Shown here: positions 37,629 through 46,271 of the stretch, piece by piece
Layout: each line of letters begins with the position of its first letter
Numbering within the stretch: position 1 is the stretch's first letter
Assembly (NCBI GenBank): GCA_965219235.1
Contig: OZ244721.1
Span: forward strand, 2,424,573 to 2,488,572
Source of the DNA: Sphingomonadaceae bacterium
GTDB lineage: Bacteria; Pseudomonadota; Alphaproteobacteria; Sphingomonadales; Sphingomonadaceae
DNA: 64,000 nt
Direction: 5' to 3'
The notes under the pieces: model-generated
The model's database searches: none
What the model saw: only the letters and a program-made list of their open reading frames with translations
Told to the model about the DNA's origin: nothing
Translations under genes and position numbers: made by a program

Positions 37629-37760
37629 GCGCCTCCCTCCTCTCCCGCTTGCGGGAGAGGAGGGAGGCGCATGGCGCCGGAAGGTGAGGGTCTTCCTGCC
37701 TTGAGCTTGAAAGAAGGAAGAAGACCCTCACCCAACCCTCTCCCGCCAGCGGGAGAGGGC
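37629..37760. repeat. REP-A composite repeat, copy 8 (subfamily i)
   Basis: 18-bp perfect stem GCGCCTCCCTCCTCTCCC-GCTTGC-GGGAGAGGAGGGAGGCGC, inner inverted repeat GGTGAGGGTCTTC...GAAGACCCTCACC, terminal CCCTCTCCC-GCCAGC-GGGAGAGGG. Confidence 0.85.
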
Positions 37761-37788
37761 TAAGCCTTGCCCTTGCGTTCGGAGCCCC

Positions 37789-37822
37789 ACCCCTCCACCG
37801 CCTTCGGCGGTCCCCCTCCCCG
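37789..37822. repeat. REP-B fragment (right-end remnant)
   Basis: ACCCCTCCACCGCCTTCGGCGGTCCCCCTCCCCG matches the right third of REP-B copies 1 and 2 but lacks the full terminal repeat. Confidence 0.55.
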
Positions 37823-37861
37823 AGCACCTTGCCCCTTCCCCCCGTTCCGATAAAGCGCCTC

Positions 37862-38512
37862 ATGGCCACCCCTCCGCCCCCCGCCATTCCGCGCTCGCTG
37901 TTCGGCATCGCGCTCCTCTATGGCGGGATGACCGTGCTGGCGGGCATCCTGGGGGCCAAGCAGGTGGCGCTGGGGCCGCTGGCGGTGGAGGCGGGCATCT
38001 TCGCGTTCCTGATGCTCGTCGTGCTGTCGTCCACCACGGCGGAGCTGCACGGGCGCGCGGTCGCCAACCGGCTGGTGCTGTGGGGCTTCGTCCCGCTCGG
38101 CACCGCCATCGCGCTGATCGCGCTCGTCCTCGCGCTCCCGACGGACGAGGGCATGTACGAGCCCGCCAAGGCCGCCTTCCCGATCGTCCTGGGTCAGAAT
38201 GTCCGGCTGATGCTGGCCGGCGTCGTCGCCTATGGCGTGTCGCAGTTCCTGAACGTCTACCTGTTCGCGCGCATGGGCCGGCGCGGCACGACGCGCTGGC
38301 TGGCGGTGCGCGGCGGAGTGGCGAGCGCCGTCAGCCAGGTGGTCGACACGCTGATCTTCATCACCGTGGCGTTCCTGGGCGTGCGCCCGATCGGCGAGCT
38401 GATCCTGGGCCAGGCGCTCGCCAAGGTGGCGCTGAGCATCGTCGCCGTCCCGCTGCTGATCGCGGTGTTCGTGGCGCTCGGCCGACGGCTCGACGCCGGG
38501 CCGGCCGCGTGA
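37862..38512 (+). CDS. yhhQ: queuosine-precursor transporter (VUT/YhhQ, DUF165 family)
   Basis: ATG 37862 inside ORF 37829..38512. Six-TM protein. SQVVDTLIF and [12 protein letters not shown] blocks typical of YhhQ. Confidence 0.8.
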   Translation: MATPPPPAIPRSLFGIALLYGGMTVLAGILGAKQVALGPLAVEAGIFAFLMLVVLSSTTAELHGRAVANRLVLWGFVPLGTAIALIALVLALPTDEGMYEPAKAAFPIVLGQNVRLMLAGVVAYGVSQFLNVYLFARMGRRGTTRWLAVRGGVASAVSQVVDTLIFITVAFLGVRPIGELILGQALAKVALSIVAVPLLIAVFVALGRRLDAGPAA

Positions 38513-39453
38513 CCGCCCCGGCGCCCGAGACGCTCGCCAAGGCGCGCACGCTGGCCGACGCGCTGCCCTACCTCCAGCGCTATGCCGGGGCGACCTTCGT
38601 GGTGAAGTACGGCGGCCACGCGATGGGCGACCCCGACGCGGCGCGGATGTTCGCCGCGGATGTGGTGCTGTTGAAGGCGGTCGGCATCGACCCGGTCGTG
38701 GTCCATGGCGGCGGCCCGCAGATCGGGGCGATGCTGGCGGCGCTGGGCGTTGAGACGCGCTTCGTGGACGGTCTGCGCGTGACCGACGCGCGCACCGCCG
38801 AGGTCGCCGAGATGGTGCTGTCCGGCACACTCAACAAGCGCATCGTCGCCTCCATCGCGGCGGCCGGCGGCCGGGCGGCGGGGCTGTCGGGCAAGGACGA
38901 CGGGATGGTGGTCGCGCGCCGCCTGACCCGGTCGCAGCCGGACCCTGGCAGCGCTATCGAGGCGGTGGTCGACCTGGGCTTCGTGGGCGAGCCGGCGCGC
39001 GTCGACCGGCGCGTGCTCGACACGCTGTCGGAGGCCGGCATCGTGCCCGTGGTGGCCCCGATCGCAACCGGCGAGGACGGCGAGACCTACAACATCAACG
39101 CCGACACCATGGCGGGGGCGATCGCCGGCGCGCTGGGCGCGGCGCGGCTGTTCCTCCTGACCGACGTGGCGGGCGTGCTGGACCGTGAGGGGCGGCTGCT
39201 CACCGAGCTGACGCCGGCGGAGATCGAGCGGTTGACGGCGGGCGGCGCGGTCACCGGCGGCATGATCCCGAAGCTCGCCACCTGCGTCGCGGCGGTGGAG
39301 GCGGGCGTGGACGCCGCCGTCGTCCTGGACGGCCGCGTGCCCCACGCGCTGCTGCTCGAGTTCTTCACGCGCGAGGGCGCGGGCACGCTGGTGCGCCGCG
39401 GGTCCGGCGAGCGGGGCGTGGCCGGGTTGAGCCCGCCGCCCGTCACCGCCTGA
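38509..39453 (+). CDS. argB: acetylglutamate kinase
   Basis: GTG 38509 (GTGA overlap with yhhQ) inside ORF 38080..39453. [18 protein letters not shown] and NINADT motifs. Confidence 0.95.
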   Translation: MTAPAPETLAKARTLADALPYLQRYAGATFVVKYGGHAMGDPDAARMFAADVVLLKAVGIDPVVVHGGGPQIGAMLAALGVETRFVDGLRVTDARTAEVAEMVLSGTLNKRIVASIAAAGGRAAGLSGKDDGMVVARRLTRSQPDPGSAIEAVVDLGFVGEPARVDRRVLDTLSEAGIVPVVAPIATGEDGETYNINADTMAGAIAGALGAARLFLLTDVAGVLDREGRLLTELTPAEIERLTAGGAVTGGMIPKLATCVAAVEAGVDAAVVLDGRVPHALLLEFFTREGAGTLVRRGSGERGVAGLSPPPVTA

Positions 39454-39566
39454 CGCCGGGAGTCCCGCCGCTGCCCGCCCCCATCCATCCCCAGCTGGAC
39501 CGGCGCGTCGCCGCGCTGGCCCGCTACGGCATCCTGGACCGTGAGCGCGAGCCGGCGTTCGACGAC

Positions 39567-40568
39567 GTGGTGGAGCTGGCCGCGCAGCTGTGCGAGGCGC
39601 CGATCGCGGTCATCACGCTCCTCGACCGCGATCGCCAGTGGTTCACGGCGGAGGTCGGGCTGGGCGTCCGCTCCCTGCCGCTCGACGACGGCATCTGCGC
39701 CCACGCCATGCTGGAGGACGAGTATCTGGAGATCCCGGACACGCTGGCCGACCCGCGCACGGCCGACAATCCGCTGTGCGTCGCGGTCGAGGGGCTGCGC
39801 TTCTACGCCGGCGCGGTGCTCAAGACGCCGGACGGCGTGCCGCTGGGCACGCTGTGCGTGCTCGACCGCCGCCCGCGCGCGCTGAGCGACCTGCAGCGCC
39901 GGACGCTCCGCGTGCTGGCCGCGCAGGTCATGCGCCAGCTCGACCTGCGCCTGGCGCTCGCCCGCCAGGAGGTGCTCCTGGGCGAGATCGACCACCGGGT
40001 GAAGAACTCGCTCCAGTCGGTGAGCGCCGTCGTGCGCCTGCAGGCGGGGCGCGCGTCCGACCCGGCGGTGCGCGAGGCGCTGGAGACCGTGGCGCAGCGG
40101 GTCGGCACGGTCGCCGCGATCCACGAGGAGCTGCACCGCGCGTCGGACGGCGAGACGGTGGAGCTGTCGGCGCTGTTCGCGCGCGCCGGCGGGCTGTTCT
40201 CCGCCGTCGCGCCGCACCACGTCGCGGTGCGCGCCCGCTTCGCCGAGCGCACGGTCGACTCCGCCGACGCGCACTCGATCGCGATCGTCGCCAACGAGTT
40301 CGTCGCCAACGCGATCAAGCACGCGTTCCCGCCGGGTCATGCGAACGGGACGGTGACGATCACCGGCGAGGCGACGGCGGACGGCGGCTACCGCGTGACC
40401 TGCGCCGACAACGGCGTGGGCGACGCGGCGGCGCTGGCGGCGCTGGCCGATTCCCGGGGGCTGGGCAGCCGGCTGATCGACGCCGCCATCGGGTCGCTCC
40501 GCGCGCGCGGAGAGTGGGACGCGACCGGTGGAGGGCTGACCCTCACGGTCACCATTCCCGCCATCTAG
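39567..40568 (+). CDS. GAF-domain sensor histidine kinase, HWE/HisKA_2 type
   Basis: GAF domain (ICAHAM...FYAGAVLKTPDGVPLGTLCVLD), H-box EIDHRVKNSLQ, ATPase N/G boxes (NEFVANAIKHAF, DNGVG). The conserved N-terminal segment LDRRVAALARYGILDREREPAFDD continues in frame upstream of the first canonical start, so the true start is unresolved (39471-39567). Confidence 0.8.
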   Translation: MVELAAQLCEAPIAVITLLDRDRQWFTAEVGLGVRSLPLDDGICAHAMLEDEYLEIPDTLADPRTADNPLCVAVEGLRFYAGAVLKTPDGVPLGTLCVLDRRPRALSDLQRRTLRVLAAQVMRQLDLRLALARQEVLLGEIDHRVKNSLQSVSAVVRLQAGRASDPAVREALETVAQRVGTVAAIHEELHRASDGETVELSALFARAGGLFSAVAPHHVAVRARFAERTVDSADAHSIAIVANEFVANAIKHAFPPGHANGTVTITGEATADGGYRVTCADNGVGDAAALAALADSRGLGSRLIDAAIGSLRARGEWDATGGGLTLTVTIPAI

Positions 40569-40570
40569 AG

Positions 40571-40700
40571 CGGGATGACATTGGATGAAGCCGACCTGTC
40601 GTTGCGAGCGCAGCGAAGCAACCCAGATCGGCGCGCATGTCCTGGATTGCCGCGTCGCTTCGCTCCTCGCAACGACGATGCGATGTGACGTGATTGCTTT
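40571..40700. repeat. REP-D copy 4 (full composite form)
   Basis: CGGGATGACATTGGATG...GTCGTTGCGAGCGCAGCGAAGCAACCCAG-ATCGGCGCGCATGTC-CTGGATTGCCGCGTCGCTTCGCTCCTCGCAACGACG...GTGACGTGATTGC. Confidence 0.8.
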
Positions 40701-40731
40701 AACCCACTGCTACGACAAGTCTTCCCCGTAA

Positions 40732-40747
40732 TGTTTCACGTGGAACA
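40732..40747. other. parS-type ParB binding site (intergenic)
   Basis: Plus strand TGTTTCACGTGGAACA. Its reverse complement TGTTCCACGTGAAACA is identical to the classic Bacillus subtilis parS 16-mer. Lies 19 nt downstream of the amidase stop. Confidence 0.65.
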
Positions 40748-40765
40748 CATCCGGCGCGACGCGCT

Positions 40766-42301
40766 TCACTTCCGGCTCTCTCCTCCCGCGAGCGGCGGCT
40801 CGGGCAGAGCTGGCCGCACCCGCTCGAACGCCTCGCCATAGGCCAGCACCCGCGCGTCGTCTCCGATCGCGCCGATGAGGCTCAGCCCGACCGGCAGTCC
40901 ACGCACCAGCGCCATCGGCACCGTCAGGTGCGGGGCGCCGGCCATCGCCGGTAGCTGGCTGACCGACGGTCCCTCGTAGGCGTCGCCCTTGCCCAGCGTC
41001 GAGAGCCAGGCGGGACCGTTGGTCGGCCCCACCAGCACGGCCACGTCGTGGTCCTTCAGGAGCGCGGCGAGCTTGCCTTGCGACAGCCGCTTGGCCTTGG
41101 CGAGCGCGTCGAGATAGGCGGGGTCGTCGACGCAGCCCGTGGCCGCCGGCGGGCAGCCGAGCGGCCCCGCCTCCGCCCGCTCGAACAGATCCTGATCGAA
41201 GAAGCGGAGTTCCTCCGGATGCGCCCTGTTGAAGGCGATCAGGTCGGCGAGCGTGCGGCTGGGCACTCGGGCGGGATCGGTGGTGGCGAGATAGGCGGCC
41301 ATGCCGCCCTTCAGCTCGGCCAGCAGCACGGTCAGCTCCGCCTCGTCCAGCCCGTCCAGGCCCGAGCGGCTGTCGGCGATCTCCACCAGCGTGGCGCCGG
41401 CCCGCCTGAGTCCGCCCAGCGCGGCGTCGAAGGCGGCGGCGATCTCCGCGTCGTCGCCCACCCGGTCGCGCAGCACGCCGACGCGCGTGCCCCGAAGCGC
41501 ATCGGCCGGCAGGGCGCCGATCGACTTGCCGTCCGTCCGCATGGCGTCGAGCAGCGCGGCCGCGTCGGCGACGGTGCGCGCGATCGGCCCGGCGGTGTCC
41601 TGGCTGTGGGCGATCGGCACCACGCCCGCGCCGCTCACCACGCCGAGCGAGGGCTTGAAGCCGACCACGCCGTTCACGCCCGCCGGGCAGGTGATCGAGC
41701 CGTCCGTCTCCGTTCCAATGGCGAACGGAGCGAGACGGGCGGCGACGGCGGCGGCACTGCCGGACGACGATCCGCAGGCGTTGCGTCCCGCGCCCCAGGG
41801 ATTGACCGTCAGGCCGCCCACCGCGCTCCAGCCACTGGTGGACTGGGTCGAGCGGATGTTCGCCCACTCGCTCAGATTGGTGCGGCCCAGGATCACCAGC
41901 CCGGCCGCGCGCAGCCGGGCGACGAGCGGCGCGTCGGCGGCGGCGACGTTGGCCTCGAGCGCGAGCGAGCCGGCGGTGGTCGGCTGGCCGGCGATGGCGA
42001 TGTTGTCCTTGATGAGGACGGGCTTGCGAAACAGGGGACCCGATCGACGCTCCGCGGCCGGTGCCTTTTCCAGCCTCTCGTCCTGCTCGCGCGCGTCGGG
42101 CAGGACCGCGATGACGGCGTTCAGCCGGGGTCCGGCGTCGTCCAGCGCCGTGATCCGCCGAAGCGAGACCTCCAGGTCGCCGTTCCCCGCATAGGGACGC
42201 AGGATCACCGGATGTCCGCTGTCGGCCATCGTCTGTGGCTCGGCCCCGCTCGTGGCACACCCCGCCACGGCCATCGTTGCCGCCCCCGCCATCCACCGCA
42301 T
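40766..42301 (-). CDS. amidase-signature family amidase, lipoprotein-type signal
   Basis: MRWMAGAATMAVAGC lipobox. Amidase signature GGLTVNPWG...ACGSSSGSAAAVA...GTETDGSITCPA with the Ser-cisSer-Lys context (KDNI). Confidence 0.85.
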   Translation of the reverse strand: MRWMAGAATMAVAGCATSGAEPQTMADSGHPVILRPYAGNGDLEVSLRRITALDDAGPRLNAVIAVLPDAREQDERLEKAPAAERRSGPLFRKPVLIKDNIAIAGQPTTAGSLALEANVAAADAPLVARLRAAGLVILGRTNLSEWANIRSTQSTSGWSAVGGLTVNPWGAGRNACGSSSGSAAAVAARLAPFAIGTETDGSITCPAGVNGVVGFKPSLGVVSGAGVVPIAHSQDTAGPIARTVADAAALLDAMRTDGKSIGALPADALRGTRVGVLRDRVGDDAEIAAAFDAALGGLRRAGATLVEIADSRSGLDGLDEAELTVLLAELKGGMAAYLATTDPARVPSRTLADLIAFNRAHPEELRFFDQDLFERAEAGPLGCPPAATGCVDDPAYLDALAKAKRLSQGKLAALLKDHDVAVLVGPTNGPAWLSTLGKGDAYEGPSVSQLPAMAGAPHLTVPMALVRGLPVGLSLIGAIGDDARVLAYGEAFERVRPALPEPPLAGGESRK

Positions 42302-42329
42302 CGCCGTCGCTCCCCGTTCGATCCGCCCC

Positions 42330-43733
42330 TTAGACCATGCAGCCGATCAGCTCGTCCAGCCCGATGAACGCGAAGCCCACCGAACTGTCGGCGATGCCGT
42401 AGGGCAGGAACAGGTCGCGGCCCACGACCATGCCGCCGCACGAATAGACCACGTTGGGGACATAGCCGTCGCGCTCGTCCGACGCGGCGGCCAGCACCGG
42501 ATCGGGCGTGCGGCCCAGGATCTTCGACGGGTCGTCCGCGTCCAGCAGCACCGCGCCGATGGTGTAGCGCCGGACCGCGCCGACGCCGTGGGTCAGCACC
42601 AGCCAGCCCTCGTCGATCCGGATCGGGCTGCCGCAATTGCCGATCTGGATGAACTCCCACGGATAGGCCGGCTCCATCAGCTTTTCGCCCTCGCCCCAGT
42701 CGTCGAGACGGTCGGACGACAGCAGGAACAGGTTCTCGCCGTCCTGCCGCCCCAGCATCTTGTACTGGCCCCCGATCTTCTCGGGGAACAGCGCCATGCC
42801 CTTGTTGCGCGAGGCGGAGCCGAACATCGGCTGGAGGATGAAGGAGCGGAAGTCGCGCGTGCGCAACAGCTCGGAGCGGATGTCCGACCCGTTGAAGGCG
42901 GTGTAGGTGCCCAGCCACTCCCCGTCCTCGAACTTGGTGAGGCGCAGGTCCTCCAGCCCCTTCGACTGCGCTTCGGTCACCGGGAACAGCACGGTGGCCG
43001 AGAGCGAGCTGTCGCGGTGGCGGTAGACGCACACCGGGTCGTCCGGACCCGTGCGGCCGTCGCCGTCCAGGTCGCGGATCATGTCGGCCGAGGTGGCGAA
43101 GGGCGGCTCGGGCTGCAGCGTCATCGTGCGGTCCGGGGTGACGATGCCCTCACGGAAGCAGACGGTGGAGATGTGCCCCTCGCCGACCGCGCGCAGCGAC
43201 ATGGCGAAGCGGATGGCGCCCCCCTCCAGCCCCGACTGGTCGGGGTGCGGCACGACGGACGGGTTCATCAGCGCGGCGGCGGCGTAGGCGTATTCGTGGG
43301 AGAAGTAGGCCCCGATCAGCTCGCGCATGGCGGGCGGCGGGTCCAGGTCGCCCATCAGGCCGTAATGCTCCAGCTCGGCGGCCAGCGCGTCCCAGCGCTC
43401 CTCGAACACCTTGCGCGTCTGCCAGTGACGGCGCGCGAAGTCGCGATAGACGTGGGCGAGCTCGGCCTCGACCTGCGCGTCGGACAGCGAGAGCACGCGC
43501 CGCACGGTCCGCACCGTGCGCGAGGAGGCGACCCCGGACTGCTGCCAGGACAAATGGAACGGGCGCACCACGACCTTTTCGGGGTCGGCGGTCAGGCGCA
43601 GCGGGTGGTGATGGATACGGATGTGACGGCCCCTTTCGGGCCGGTCGGCGGCCCGCTTCCTAGCTGGCGGCCGCGGTCCGTCGCCGACCGTCCGCCACCA
43701 CCGCGTCCATACGCATCTTGGCGGCGCGGGCAA
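42330..43733 (-). CDS. glycoside hydrolase family 130 (DUF377) phosphorylase-like protein with ~170-aa N-terminal extension
   Basis: GH130 blocks NKGMALFPEKIGGQYKMLGR, WEFIQIGNCGSPI and VYSCGGMVVGRDLFLPYGIADSSVGFA. The only canonical start before the conserved HPLRLTADPEKVVVRPFHL segment is TTG 43733, which overlaps the upstream gene by 74 nt. Internal GTG 43571 would truncate conserved sequence. Confidence 0.75.
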   Translation of the reverse strand: MPAPPRCVWTRWWRTVGDGPRPPARKRAADRPERGRHIRIHHHPLRLTADPEKVVVRPFHLSWQQSGVASSRTVRTVRRVLSLSDAQVEAELAHVYRDFARRHWQTRKVFEERWDALAAELEHYGLMGDLDPPPAMRELIGAYFSHEYAYAAAALMNPSVVPHPDQSGLEGGAIRFAMSLRAVGEGHISTVCFREGIVTPDRTMTLQPEPPFATSADMIRDLDGDGRTGPDDPVCVYRHRDSSLSATVLFPVTEAQSKGLEDLRLTKFEDGEWLGTYTAFNGSDIRSELLRTRDFRSFILQPMFGSASRNKGMALFPEKIGGQYKMLGRQDGENLFLLSSDRLDDWGEGEKLMEPAYPWEFIQIGNCGSPIRIDEGWLVLTHGVGAVRRYTIGAVLLDADDPSKILGRTPDPVLAAASDERDGYVPNVVYSCGGMVVGRDLFLPYGIADSSVGFAFIGLDELIGCMV

Positions 43734-45987
43734 GGTGCCAGGCGAGCACCGACTCCGCGCCGTGGTTCAGGTTGACGCCGACCGGGTTCAGTCCGTCGAA
43801 GCACTCGCCGGTGACCGGGGCCAGCATCGACAGGCCGAGATCGTTGTCGCCCAGGAACCAGCGATAGGCGCGCTCCGCCAGCGCCACCCAGCGCGGATCG
43901 GGGTCGACCTCCGCCGCGGCGGCGCAGGCGTCGATCATCGCCCACGCGTCGAGCGGCTGCTGGTCGAAGGCGGCGGGCTCGGTGTGCGCCAGACCGAAGC
44001 TCTCGGTCCCGACGGGGCGGAAATGCCCGCGTTCGGTGCGCTGCTTGGCGCCGATCCAGGCGAGCGTGTCCAGCCCCGCCGCGACCATCGCCCGGTCCTC
44101 GATCCACGCCCCCGCGCGGATCAGCGCCTCGGGCAGGCGGGCGTTGTCGTAGGCCAGCATGATCTCGAACCAGGTCCAGTCCGGTCGCCGGTTCGCCTCC
44201 ACCAGCGCCATCAGCGCGGCGCCGTGGCGCACGAGGAGCGCGATCGACGGCCGATGGTCGGCGGACACCTCGAGCCGGGCCAGCGCGCCCAGCATCAAAA
44301 AGGCGAGCGCGCGCGGGCTCGTCACATCGGCCATCGCCGGGGCCACGCCGTCATAGAGCCGCTCGGCCCAGCGCGCGACGGAGGGATCGGGGTGACGGGC
44401 GGCGGTGACGCCCAGCGCCCACAGCGTGCGGCCGTTCGAATCCTCGCTGCCGACCTCCTCCAGCCAACGCCGGTCGAAGCCCATGAAGTTGCGGAACCGT
44501 CCGGCGTCCGCGTTCCAGCCGTGCTGCAGGAAGGCGGCGTAGACCGTCGACAGCCGCCCCCGCTCGGCCGGGTCCATCTCAGGGGCCAACGCCATCAGCA
44601 TCAGCGCGCGCGCGTTGTCGTCGATGCAATAGCCGTGGTTGCGATCCGGGACCGCCAGGATCGAATGCTGCGCGATGCCGGTGTCGTCGGTCAGCCGCGC
44701 CACCCCGGCCGGCGTCCCCCCCACCACCGCCACGCCAGCGGCCCGCGTCGTCAAACGGGCGACATTGTCCGTGAGGATGGTGCCGAACAGCTCCATCGCC
44801 GCCTCGCCCGAGCGCGGCCAGATGGTCGCGCGCCCGCGCCGATAGGCGCGGCGCGACAGCTCCGTCAGTTCCGTCGGGTCGGCGAGCAAGGAACCCACCG
44901 CGTCCGCCAGCGCATCGGGCGAGCGGAAGGGCACCAGCCGTCCCCCGTCGTCCGCCAGCAGCTCGGCGGCGTGGACGAAGGGGGTGGAGACCACCGCCTT
45001 GCCCATGCCCACCGCGTAGGCGAGCGTGCCCGACGTGATCTGGGCGGGATTGCGGTACGGTGTCACATAGACGTCCGCCGCGGCCAGCCAGTCGGTCAGC
45101 TCGTCGAGCTCCATGTAGCGGTTCACGAACTCGACCATGTCGCCCACGCCCAGCGCGTCGGCCTGCGCCTTGAGCGCGTCGCGGAAGGCGTTGCCCTCGC
45201 GCGCCACCAGATGCGGGTGGGTCGCGCCCGCGATGACGTAGAGCGCGCCCGGCGCGCGCTGGCGGATGGCGGGCAGCGCCGCGATCATGTCCTCCAGCCC
45301 CTTGTCGGGCGACAGCAGGCCGAAGGTCAGCACGATCGGCCGCTCGCCCAGCCCCAGCCGCGCCTTGCCCACCGCCGTGGGCACCAGCGGCCGGTCCGGA
45401 ATGCCGTGCGCGATGACCGCGATGCGGCTGCGCGGCACGTCGTAGGAGCGCACCAGGATGTCGCGCGCGCGCTCGACCATGGCGATGACCTTGGCGGCTC
45501 CGCCCATCAGCGCGTTCAGCACCCGGCGCTGGACGGCGTTCGGCCGGTCGAGCACGGTGTGGAGCGTCAGCACGTACGGGATCGTCAGGCGGCTGGTGAG
45601 CGCCAGGAGATGTTCCCCCGCCTCGCCCCCGAAGATGCCGAATTCGTGCTGGATCCACAGCACCTGCGCGCCGCTGGCGTTGATGCGATCGGCGAGCGCG
45701 GCGTAGGCGGCGGGATCGTCCTGCGGCACCGCCTGGGTCACCTCTGGCGGGAAGCGGTAGCCCGCGCCATCGTCCATCGCGTAGATGTCGAGCGCGAGGC
45801 CGGGAGAGGCGAGGCGGAGCGAGGCGGCGCTGTCGGCGGTGAAGGTGGCGATGCCGCACTGGCGCGGCGGGTAGTTGCCGAGCAACGCCACATGGGTCAC
45901 GTGGCCGGGCGCGACGTGACCGGACGCCGAGGCGCGCGCGCGGGAGGTGGCGGGAAGAGCGGTCTGGGTCAGCGTGATGTCCGTCAT
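43660..45987 (-). CDS. GT4-family glycosyltransferase fused to a ~330-aa C-terminal domain of unclear family
   Basis: ATG 45987 inside ORF 43660..46167; the longer version would read through a terminator hairpin. GT4 features GNYPPRQCGIATFT, LTLHTVL, and the E-x7-E-like region PYRNPAQITSGTLAYAVGMGKAVVSTP. C-terminal region HGYCIDDNARALMLMA...NGRTLWALG. Confidence 0.8.
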   Translation of the reverse strand: MTDITLTQTALPATSRARASASGHVAPGHVTHVALLGNYPPRQCGIATFTADSAASLRLASPGLALDIYAMDDGAGYRFPPEVTQAVPQDDPAAYAALADRINASGAQVLWIQHEFGIFGGEAGEHLLALTSRLTIPYVLTLHTVLDRPNAVQRRVLNALMGGAAKVIAMVERARDILVRSYDVPRSRIAVIAHGIPDRPLVPTAVGKARLGLGERPIVLTFGLLSPDKGLEDMIAALPAIRQRAPGALYVIAGATHPHLVAREGNAFRDALKAQADALGVGDMVEFVNRYMELDELTDWLAAADVYVTPYRNPAQITSGTLAYAVGMGKAVVSTPFVHAAELLADDGGRLVPFRSPDALADAVGSLLADPTELTELSRRAYRRGRATIWPRSGEAAMELFGTILTDNVARLTTRAAGVAVVGGTPAGVARLTDDTGIAQHSILAVPDRNHGYCIDDNARALMLMALAPEMDPAERGRLSTVYAAFLQHGWNADAGRFRNFMGFDRRWLEEVGSEDSNGRTLWALGVTAARHPDPSVARWAERLYDGVAPAMADVTSPRALAFLMLGALARLEVSADHRPSIALLVRHGAALMALVEANRRPDWTWFEIMLAYDNARLPEALIRAGAWIEDRAMVAAGLDTLAWIGAKQRTERGHFRPVGTESFGLAHTEPAAFDQQPLDAWAMIDACAAAAEVDPDPRWVALAERAYRWFLGDNDLGLSMLAPVTGECFDGLNPVGVNLNHGAESVLAWHLARAAKMRMDAVVADGRRRTAAAS

Positions 45988-46123
45988 AGAGTGATCCTGG
46001 CGTGTTCCGTGAACGGAACGTTCATCGTGGATAAACCCCTCGAACTGGGTGGAGTTCCGATCGTGCTGCGCCGCAGCATGGGGCCTGCGCCCCACTTTGT
46101 CGAGTCCGTTCGCCGAACACGCG

Positions 46124-46156
46124 AAAAGGGCCGCCCGGCAGCTGCCGAACGACCCT
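46124..46156 (-). terminator. intrinsic terminator (minus strand; also hairpin-competent on plus)
   Basis: Minus-strand AGGGTCGTTCGGC-AGCT-GCCGGGCGGCCCT (13-bp stem including G-U pairs) followed by TTTTCG. Lies between the sORF and the GT4 gene start. Confidence 0.65.
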
Positions 46157-46214
46157 TTCCAAGGCATGGTCAGCGGCCGGAAGTGCCGCCGACGGAGCGC
46201 CGTCTAGCGTCTGG

Positions 46215-46271
46215 TCAGACGCGCGCGCTCCGAACGGACTTCACCGACCCCTGTGCTGAACCATGAGACAT
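46215..46271 (-). CDS. candidate 18-codon sORF (MSHGSAQGSVKSVRSARV) with extended Shine-Dalgarno
   Basis: Minus strand GAAAGGAGGTGATCC (46273-46287) is a 15-nt perfect complement of the conserved 16S rRNA 3' tail. ATG follows 7 nt after GGAGG, stop TGA 46215-46217. Too short for the ORF track and no homology evidence. Confidence 0.25.
   Translation of the reverse strand: MSHGSAQGSVKSVRSARV

Noticed and set aside
10254-37760. CRISPR array as an explanation for the recurring hairpin repeats
   Set aside because: The repeats are dispersed one per intergenic gap, kilobases apart and separated by genes. They are not in a tandem repeat-spacer array, and there are no cas genes.
37761-37861. preQ1 riboswitch upstream of yhhQ
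   Set aside because: There is no short hairpin followed by an A-rich tail. The region is GC-rich and consists of REP-A and REP-B remnants.
46026-46034. DnaA-box-like CGTGGATAA (8/9 match to TGTGGATAA), raising the question of oriC given the parS sites
   Set aside because: It is a single box in a 370-bp leader, with no cluster, no AT-rich unwinding element and no dnaA/hemE-type neighbours. This is not an origin.
43660-46167. Longer version of the GT4 gene starting at ATG 46167
   Set aside because: The extra 60 codons read straight through the 13-bp-stem terminator hairpin and have no similarity to GT4 N-termini. ATG 45987 (MTDITLTQ...) precedes the GNYPPRQCGIATF glycosyltransferase N-terminus at a normal distance.
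43735-46266. 843-aa plus-strand ORF
   Set aside because: It is antisense to the GT4 fusion gene, with no motifs.
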